Both the position numbers and the translations under genes were made by a program. The notes beneath the pieces were generated by a model. The model saw only the letters and a list, made by a program, of their open reading frames with translations, did not search any database and was not told the origin of the DNA. Of a stretch of DNA of 64,000 nucleotides, positions 57,724 through 64,000 are shown piece after piece (the first letter of the stretch is position 1; each line of letters opens with the position of its first letter). The stretch lies in IMG/VR virus record IMGVR_UViG_3300021399_000162. One strand, written 5' to 3'. The DNA comes from an uncultured virus (IMG/VR IMGVR_UViG_3300021399_000162) (Duplodnaviria > Heunggongvirae > Uroviricota > Caudoviricetes).

Positions 57724-58533
57724 ATGAAATATGACGGAACTAATCTTGAGGCTGTGTTGAAAGCCCATAGAAGTTATCTTGCCAATGTAAAAAATGAGGA
57801 TGGGTCCAGGGCTGATTTCTCTGGAGAGGTTCTTGAGGACTTAGATTTTAGTATGAGAGAATTGGCTGGTGCAGATTTTTTTGGTACTACAATTAAAAAT
57901 TGTAACTTCTGTGATGCTAATCTGAAGTTTTCAGATTTCAGTAATGCTAGCATTGGCAACAGCCGGTTCAGCCGTGCTCAGATCTATGCAGCTAATCTCA
58001 CTAATTCACACTTTTGGTGTTGCCAGATGGATAATGTCAATCTTGAAAGCGCTTGCATGCGTTATGCGCGTTTAAGATATGGTGATTTTGAAAACGCTGT
58101 GATCAGTCCCACTACTGATTTATGTGGTCTTAACGTAGCTCATGTGAAAAATATGTTTTATGTGCCAATGGCTTGTCCTGAAGAAGGCGAGTTCATTGCT
58201 TGGAAGAAGTGTGTGGCCGTTGACCGAGATGGAACAGGGCTGCATAAAGAGGTTATTGTGAAGCTGAAGATCCCTAAAAGGGCTCGTCGGTCGTCTGCTC
58301 TTGGCCGTAAGTGTCGTGCAAGTGAAGCTATTGTCTTAGCCATTCAGGACCTTAAAGGCAATGACATTAGTCGTAAAGTTGCAGCTTTTTCATCATACTG
58401 CAATGACTTTGCATATGAGCTTGGTAAGACAGTTATACCTCGTGAACCTTTTGATGATGACCGTTGGAACGAGTGTTCAACCGGCATTCACTTCTTTATT
58501 AACCGCAAGGAAGCGGTCGACTATTCACTGTGA
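57724..58533 (+). CDS. Second pentapeptide-repeat/DUF5758-like paralog
   Basis: Same architecture as the upstream gene. Confidence 0.8.
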   Translation: MKYDGTNLEAVLKAHRSYLANVKNEDGSRADFSGEVLEDLDFSMRELAGADFFGTTIKNCNFCDANLKFSDFSNASIGNSRFSRAQIYAANLTNSHFWCCQMDNVNLESACMRYARLRYGDFENAVISPTTDLCGLNVAHVKNMFYVPMACPEEGEFIAWKKCVAVDRDGTGLHKEVIVKLKIPKRARRSSALGRKCRASEAIVLAIQDLKGNDISRKVAAFSSYCNDFAYELGKTVIPREPFDDDRWNECSTGIHFFINRKEAVDYSL

Positions 58534-58556
58534 TATTTAATAAGGAGGAAACAACT

Positions 58557-59126
58557 ATGAATTACCAGAACTACTACGAATTCCGTAAAGCTAAGGAAGC
58601 CGCTGCTGCTCAGAAGAGCGAGTCCGAACTGAACGAAGAGAACCGTAAATTGAAGATGTGGCTTGGTATTGCCATTGGCACGACAGTCTTTGCGGGTCTT
58701 GGCTGCTATTATTGCTGGAAAGATACGCAGGCTTGCAAGGCACTGATATCCGAAGCAAATGCCCACGTGAAGCGCATTGCCAACATCAATGTGAATGAGC
58801 GTGTGGTTGAGAATGCGGTCAATAAGGCGACCAAGGAAGCCGCTGATAAGGCCGTTTACAGCGCCACACAGAGCGTTTTCGCAGAGACTAAAGCAGAGAT
58901 CCGGGCGAAGGTTAAGGCCGCTGTAGAGGCGTCTATGGCCAAAGTAACGGATGCTGTAGCAGTCAAGATGGCTAAGGAAGTCGCTGATATTTCTCGAGAG
59001 GACATTATTGACGACGTAGTTAAGGCTACGACTGAGAAACTGTCCGATATGCTTGAGGAAGAGCTTGGCGACGAGATGACCAAGGTTGGTGAGATCTACA
59101 AGAATATTGTGGAGGCTCTCAACTGA
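58557..59126 (+). CDS. Membrane-anchored coiled-coil protein
   Basis: One TM helix; A/V/K-rich helix; terminator at about 59154-59196. Confidence 0.6.
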   Translation: MNYQNYYEFRKAKEAAAAQKSESELNEENRKLKMWLGIAIGTTVFAGLGCYYCWKDTQACKALISEANAHVKRIANINVNERVVENAVNKATKEAADKAVYSATQSVFAETKAEIRAKVKAAVEASMAKVTDAVAVKMAKEVADISREDIIDDVVKATTEKLSDMLEEELGDEMTKVGEIYKNIVEALN

Positions 59127-59236
59127 TATTCTCTTGGATAGTTGGCAGTTTTTGAGGGGGTTGGGTCGCTTTATGACCCAATCTCTCTTCTTTTTTGACC
59201 TATTTGCGACTAAATTATAGGAAGGATGATATATTT

Positions 59237-59914
59237 ATGAAGGCAATTGAGGCTGGTTATGATATTTTGGATGAGATTTCGTATGGTGGAATCGAGGAAT
59301 TGAAGAAAATTGAGCGTGCTGCGAGGACTTGCTACAAGTCTGAAGACAAAATTACGGAAGATGGCTCTTCAGCAAAGAAGCTTGTGGCCGGTTTGATAAA
59401 GTCTGGACACGAGGCAATGCTCGAACATGGAGGTCTTTCAGTGCGCTTTATCTGTGATAGAGGGGTGTCACACGAGCTCGTAAGGCATAGAATGGCGTCA
59501 TTTGCCCAGGAATCTACCCGGTATTGCAACTATTCGAAGGATAAATTTGGCAAAGAATTGACCTTTGTGATACCTGAATTGCATAAAAATAACGAAATTA
59601 TGGGCCCTGAAGAGTGGATTCTTTGGTCAAAAGCCATGAAAACCTGCGAAGAATGCTATATGAAGCTGCTTGATATCGGTGTTCCGCCCCAGTTGGCCAG
59701 GTCAGTGTTGCCGAATTCACTCAAAACTGAGGTTGTTGTGACCGCAAATTGGCGTGAATGGCGTCACATTTTCAGTTTGCGGTGCGCTCCGGATGCTCAT
59801 CCTGATATTCGATACCTTATGATGTGCCTTTTGGAGGAGCTTCACAGCAGAATTCCGGTACTTTTCGATGATATTTGGGAGAAATATGGGTTTGACGCAG
59901 CTGCAAAGGAGTGA
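59237..59914 (+). CDS. thyX: FAD-dependent thymidylate synthase
   Basis: GHEAMLEH, DRGVSHELVRHR.ASFAQESTRY, ARSVLPNSLKTE, NWREWRH...LR....AHP. Confidence 0.95.
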   Translation: MKAIEAGYDILDEISYGGIEELKKIERAARTCYKSEDKITEDGSSAKKLVAGLIKSGHEAMLEHGGLSVRFICDRGVSHELVRHRMASFAQESTRYCNYSKDKFGKELTFVIPELHKNNEIMGPEEWILWSKAMKTCEECYMKLLDIGVPPQLARSVLPNSLKTEVVVTANWREWRHIFSLRCAPDAHPDIRYLMMCLLEELHSRIPVLFDDIWEKYGFDAAAKE

Positions 59915-59921
59915 TTTTTGA

Positions 59922-60218
59922 ATGTTCAAGCGAATTTTGTGCGTCTTGATTATGTGTTTTATGCTATTTTTGCTCTGCGGATGCGATTGGGAGAACAATA
60001 TTCGGGATGGAACAGTGTTTACCGTCGATCCTGAGACCAAAAATTTGCCTAAATCAACCGCTTTTGTGAGATTTGGAAACCAAATAAACCAATTTTACGT
60101 GTTTGATGTGGCTGATTATTCACTTGGAGGAGATAATTGGATCGTTTTGAAGGCTAAAGATGGCCGAATTTTCAAGACTAGCCAGGTGAATGTGCTCATT
60201 ATTGAGGGTTCTGACTGA
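59922..60218 (+). CDS. Predicted lipoprotein
   Basis: Signal peptide with lipobox LCGC. Confidence 0.6.
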   Translation: MFKRILCVLIMCFMLFLLCGCDWENNIRDGTVFTVDPETKNLPKSTAFVRFGNQINQFYVFDVADYSLGGDNWIVLKAKDGRIFKTSQVNVLIIEGSD

Positions 60219-60275
60219 TATTTTGAGGATTTTTCGACAGTAAATTGACGATTTTGAGAGGAGATTTTGCGAGTT

Positions 60276-60506
60276 ATGAACGGTTTTGTATGGTGTTTGT
60301 CTGTTATTTTTGTGGCTTTGGTGTTCAGTTTGGCGGTCGTTTTGGCCGGTTCTGCACTCATTGGAGTATGGTTTGAGACCAAAAATCGAGAGGCTAAGAA
60401 GGCTGCTGAAGGCGCTGCGAGTGCATTGAAGGAGCTTGCTGAGCTGATGAAAAACGACAAAAATCTTGGAAAAAATGAAGAGAAATCGGAGGAAAACGGG
60501 CATTGA
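60276..60506 (+). CDS. Small membrane protein
   Basis: TM helix plus charged tail. Confidence 0.45.
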   Translation: MNGFVWCLSVIFVALVFSLAVVLAGSALIGVWFETKNREAKKAAEGAASALKELAELMKNDKNLGKNEEKSEENGH

Positions 60507-60569
60507 AATGAATGATATTTTGAAGATTGTTTGGCAAAAATCGTGAAAACCCTGGTAAAAATTGTGTAA

Positions 60570-60890
60570 AAAATGGCCATTTTGCTGCCCACCCAAAAGT
60601 GGGCAGAAGGTGGGCAGAGGGTGGGCAGAAGCGGTTTTTGGCGATTTTTGTTAACAATTTGTTCACAATTTTCTAATCAAATTTTAATTTTTTGGGTCAA
60701 AAATTGCAAAAAAGTGGCCAAAAGTGGCCAGCTGCCCACCCTCTGCCCACCCAGGGTGGCCAGCTGAAACCGTTGGGGCCCAAGGGTTTGAGGGGTGTCT
60801 GCCCGGGTGGCCGGGTTTTTTCTTAACTAATATATAAAAGATAATTATATATATTAAGTAGGGAAAAAGGGTGGCCACCTGGCCAGATAG
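60570..60890. repeat. Probable replication origin: GGTGGGCAG/GTGGCCA repeats, 20-bp inverted repeat, AT-rich tract
   Basis: GGTGGGCAGAGGGTGGGCAG (60609-60628) versus CTGCCCACCCTCTGCCCACC (60732-60751); AT tract at about 60824-60860. Confidence 0.6.
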
Positions 60891-61032
60891 GATAAAACAC
60901 ATATTTTCCAAGATTTTGGTGGGTCTGGTTTTTGGTCAGATTTGCGTCCAAGTTCGTGTGTCTCTTCAAGTTAACTTGCCTCTTGTTTTCGCTCAAAATT
61001 TGTGGCATGATATTTCTGAGGTGAACTGAGAA

Positions 61033-61317
61033 ATGGGTAAGTTTAGACTTGAATTCATGCGAACCGCTTATGACGAAAATGGTGACGAAGTACCCTGTGA
61101 TATTTGCGACGGAACTATGAAGTGGAAACCATCTCGCAGACTGTGGATTTGCAGCGACTGCGGTCGAGAGATGAAACGCGCACAGTTCTTCAATTATATC
61201 GGTGCTGACCCGCCAAGTACCAAGTGTCTTTCGTCGTGTCATGAGAACTATCCCCTCTGCAAAAGATATTGTCCGTTCTTTGATGTCTCGGATGATCCTG
61301 ATGGACCGATGATTTAA
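61033..61317 (+). CDS. Cys-rich zinc-finger protein
   Basis: CDIC...CSDC...C..SC..NYP.C...C. Confidence 0.65.
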   Translation: MGKFRLEFMRTAYDENGDEVPCDICDGTMKWKPSRRLWICSDCGREMKRAQFFNYIGADPPSTKCLSSCHENYPLCKRYCPFFDVSDDPDGPMI

Positions 61318-61522
61318 ATTTTTATAGGCTTATCGCAAAATGAAGAGTCATTGTACTGATATTTGTGCAGTGGCTCTTTCTTTTGTCCTTTTTGTCTTAT
61401 TTTTATACCATTTCTTCCGCGATTTTTGCAATCTCTATTATGAAGAGAAAAGAACCTATTCGGCGACTTTCTCTTTTTCGTTTGTCAATGATATTTGGTG
61501 TGTTTTGGAGGTGATTCGGGCC

Positions 61523-61831
61523 ATGGCTCAGAACGAACGAGTGTTTCAGGCTAAGCTTATTAAAGAGCTTCATACACGCTTTGATCCTTGTATCGTTACC
61601 AAGATGGATTCCGGTCACATCCAGGGCATACCAGATCTACTGATATTGCGCGGAAACAAATGGGCTACACTTGAAGACAAGAAGTCCAAAGACGCCTCGC
61701 ATCGTCCTAACCAGGACTATTACGTTTCGCAAATGAACGGCATGTCTTTTAGCCGTTTTATTTATCCTGAGAATAAGGAGGAGGTTCTGAATGAGCTCTC
61801 AAACTTTTTCCTTGGACCGAACGCGCAGTAA
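61523..61831 (+). CDS. VRR-NUC/Holliday junction resolvase-like nuclease
   Basis: E..FQ..LIKEL, QGIPDL.IL, LE.KKS..A..RPNQ.YY. Confidence 0.8.
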   Translation: MAQNERVFQAKLIKELHTRFDPCIVTKMDSGHIQGIPDLLILRGNKWATLEDKKSKDASHRPNQDYYVSQMNGMSFSRFIYPENKEEVLNELSNFFLGPNAQ

Positions 61832-61868
61832 ATGATATTCCCTTTCGCTGCAAGAAAGGACCTAACAC

Positions 61869-62426
61869 ATGCAATTTAACAAGCATTACAACCTTGAAGG
61901 CAGTCATGCTTTTCTTGGTGCCAGCAAATATCATTGGATAAACTACGACGAAGAGAAACTCATCGCAAGCTACAATAGCTTCCTGGCTGCACAGAAAGGC
62001 ACAGAGCTTCATAGCTTTGCTGCACAGTGCATTAAACTTGGCCAGCGTCTTCCAAAGAGTCACAAGACTCTCAATATGTATGTGAACGACGCTATTGGTT
62101 TCAAGATGGTCCCCGAGCAGGTGCTGTACTATTCAGACAACTGTTATGGCACAGCAGACTCAATTATATTCAAAGATGATTTCCTCAGGATCCACGATCT
62201 TAAGACTGGCGCGACACCGACTCATATGGAGCAGCTAATGATATATGCTGCTCTTTTTTGTTTGGAGTACAGAGTTAAACCTGGTCTGATAGGTATGGAA
62301 CTGAGAATCTACCAGAACGATGATATTGCTATTCTGCAGCCTCAAGCCACTGATATTCTCCCGATCATCGACAAAATTGTGACATTCGATAAACTCATCA
62401 ATAAGATTAAAGAAGTAGAGGGTTGA
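61869..62426 (+). CDS. PD-(D/E)XK (Cas4-like) exonuclease
   Basis: HAFL.AS..HW, GTELH, EQ.L, GTAD, IHDLKTG, QL.IYA. Confidence 0.75.
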   Translation: MQFNKHYNLEGSHAFLGASKYHWINYDEEKLIASYNSFLAAQKGTELHSFAAQCIKLGQRLPKSHKTLNMYVNDAIGFKMVPEQVLYYSDNCYGTADSIIFKDDFLRIHDLKTGATPTHMEQLMIYAALFCLEYRVKPGLIGMELRIYQNDDIAILQPQATDILPIIDKIVTFDKLINKIKEVEG

Positions 62427-64000
62427 TGTGTATGAATTCCGTAACTAAAGAAATGATATTGCATTTCAGCGGCGATCCTCTGCTGCTTGAGGGTGTCGAC
62501 GATGATATTGATGTCATTGATGTATTTCTTATGCATTCCGGACGAGGCCACGATGATAATCCTCCAGGACGAGGATCTGGAGTACTTCCGTGGGGTTCTG
62601 GTGAAAATCCTTACCAGCATGCAGGTGATTTTGTCACTCGTGTTAAGCGTGCTCGTAAGCAGCATCCAGAGCTCAGCCAGGATGATATTGCTAAGATGGT
62701 TGGCTGCAAGAGTGCCAGCGATCTTAAGAAACAGTACTCTAAGTCTTTGTCTGTTTATAGAGTTGGCAGAAACAAAGAGATCGATGCTCTTCTTAAAACC
62801 GGCATGACTCAGCAGGCTGTGGCTGATAAATTCGGCGTCAATGAATCTACACTTAGATCTTGGCTGAATCCAGAAAGCCGTAAGAAAGCAGAAAAGTCTC
62901 AGATCATTGCTGATGGCTTGGAGAAGCTCGTTAAGGAACGTGGACTGATAGATGTTGGTGCTGGTGTTGAGAAAGAACTTAACTGTTCTAAAGAAAAGCT
63001 CAACGAAGCTCTGGCCATTCTTCAGGATAAAGGATATCCAATTTATGGCGGACGTGTTCCTCAGGCTACAAATCCTGGCAAGCAGACTACTATTAAAGCA
63101 CTTGGTGATCCGAGCAGTGATGTTAAGTGGAGCGACTTATATCAGCATCCTGAAAAGATTCAGTCTGTTACCGATTATATTGTCCGTGAAGGTCCTGATG
63201 GTCAGGAGGTATTTACTAAAAAATGGCAGTATCCTGCAGCCATTGATCCTAAGCGCATTATGATCAGATTCCGGGATGATATTGCTCCTGATGGTCATAC
63301 TGGCATTGAGCGAGACGGCACAATCGAGATTCGTCGCAATGTTCCTGATCTTGATCTCAAAGGTAGTCATTACGCTCAGGTTCGCATCATGACTCAGGAT
63401 GGCCATTATCTCAAAGGTATGGCTCACTATGCATCTGAGGAAATGCCTGAAGGTGTTGATGTGATATTCAACACCAATAAGACAAGAGCTCAGGCTGATA
63501 TTGTCTTTAAGAAGATTAAGAGTGATCCGAACAATCCTTTTGGCGCTCTTCTTAGAGAGAATGGCGGTCAATACACTTATATTGATAAAGACGGCAAAGA
63601 GAAACTTGGACTGATAAACAAAACCCGGCAAGAAGGTGACTGGGAAGATTGGGATGATACTCTTCCTTCGCAGTTCCTTGCTAAACAGCCAAGAGAGCTG
63701 ATTGAGAAACAGCTCGGCAAATCAATCGCAGCTAAGAAAAAAGAATATGAGGAACTGATATCCTTAACCAATCCTACGGTTAAGAAGAAGTTGCTTGAAG
63801 ACTTTGCTAATGGCTGTGATTCTGACTCTATTCATCTTACCGCCGCTAAACTTCCAAGACAGAAATACCAAGTGATATTGCCTCTGCCGACTTTGGATGA
63901 TAATGAGGTTTATGCTCCGAACTTCAAGAACGGCGAAACGATTGCTCTTATAAGATATCCGCATGCTGGATTGTTTGAAATTCCGATTCTCAAGGTTAAC
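62426..64000 (+). CDS. Putative phage-encoded single-subunit two-barrel RNA polymerase, N-terminal part; truncated by the window end and missing from the ORF track
   Basis: Frame open for 525 codons: SG..PWGSGENPYQH, two HTH-like segments, DG.IE.RR.V.DL, YAQVRI, EGDW..W...L.SQFL.KQ, LIRYPHAG.FEIP. A catalytic DxDGD would lie beyond the window. Confidence 0.65.
   Translation, partial: MCMNSVTKEMILHFSGDPLLLEGVDDDIDVIDVFLMHSGRGHDDNPPGRGSGVLPWGSGENPYQHAGDFVTRVKRARKQHPELSQDDIAKMVGCKSASDLKKQYSKSLSVYRVGRNKEIDALLKTGMTQQAVADKFGVNESTLRSWLNPESRKKAEKSQIIADGLEKLVKERGLIDVGAGVEKELNCSKEKLNEALAILQDKGYPIYGGRVPQATNPGKQTTIKALGDPSSDVKWSDLYQHPEKIQSVTDYIVREGPDGQEVFTKKWQYPAAIDPKRIMIRFRDDIAPDGHTGIERDGTIEIRRNVPDLDLKGSHYAQVRIMTQDGHYLKGMAHYASEEMPEGVDVIFNTNKTRAQADIVFKKIKSDPNNPFGALLRENGGQYTYIDKDGKEKLGLINKTRQEGDWEDWDDTLPSQFLAKQPRELIEKQLGKSIAAKKKEYEELISLTNPTVKKKLLEDFANGCDSDSIHLTAAKLPRQKYQVILPLPTLDDNEVYAPNFKNGETIALIRYPHAGLFEIPILKVN

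Larger units (their letters stand above)
33817..61442 (+). promoter_or_regulatory. Dispersed phage promoter motif CGCGA-N13-YATTATG (25 bp each)
   Basis: Copies start at 33817, 34190, 34417, 36862, 37537, 39043, 40081, 41284, 41754, 43217, 52516, 52917, 53295, 54460 and 61418, with a degenerate copy at 35823. The 13-nt spacer is invariant; all are on + and sit at gene boundaries. Confidence 0.85.

Noticed and set aside
60116..60911. Several overlapping ORFs across the origin-like region
   Set aside because: They are low-complexity translations of A/T runs and repeats, lacking RBSs.
61869..62426. CRISPR-Cas adaptation gene
   Set aside because: Solitary Cas4-like nucleases are common in phage replication modules; no cas1 or array is present.
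62487..63263. ORF-track entries 62487-62807 and 62952-63263
   Set aside because: They are out-of-frame overlaps of the long ORF starting at 62426.

Overview
The window is most of the genome of a temperate, long-tailed (siphovirus-type) phage, probably of a Bacillota/Clostridia host; every credible gene is on the + strand. Bases 1-33.7 kb hold packaging, head, tail and lysis genes: HNH, TerL, portal, a protease-capsid fusion, a 2628-aa tape measure, Tal/Dit, holin, an NlpC/P60 endolysin and fibre genes, plus an unexplained Q/N/G-rich gene cluster. Bases 33.8-64 kb hold a tyrosine integrase with a tRNA-Cys-derived attP, many small promoter-ORF-hairpin cassettes, a 1416-aa helicase-primase-polymerase fusion, SSB, a helicase, ThyX, a probable origin and nucleases. 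The window ends in a truncated ORF, absent from the ORF track, that looks like a phage-encoded two-barrel RNA polymerase. The most notable signals are non-coding: (1) 15 good copies plus one degenerate copy of CGCGA-N13-YATTATG in the right arm; (2) about 15 copies of TCAAAATG in the left arm; (3) anti-Shine-Dalgarno sequences inside the promoter spacers that co-vary with the downstream RBS; (4) two paralogous ~80-nt RNA domains with compensatory base changes; (5) two tRNA-like elements lacking a normal anticodon arm; (6) a branched left-end element displaying anti-SD loops. All calls were made by eye and none were database-verified.
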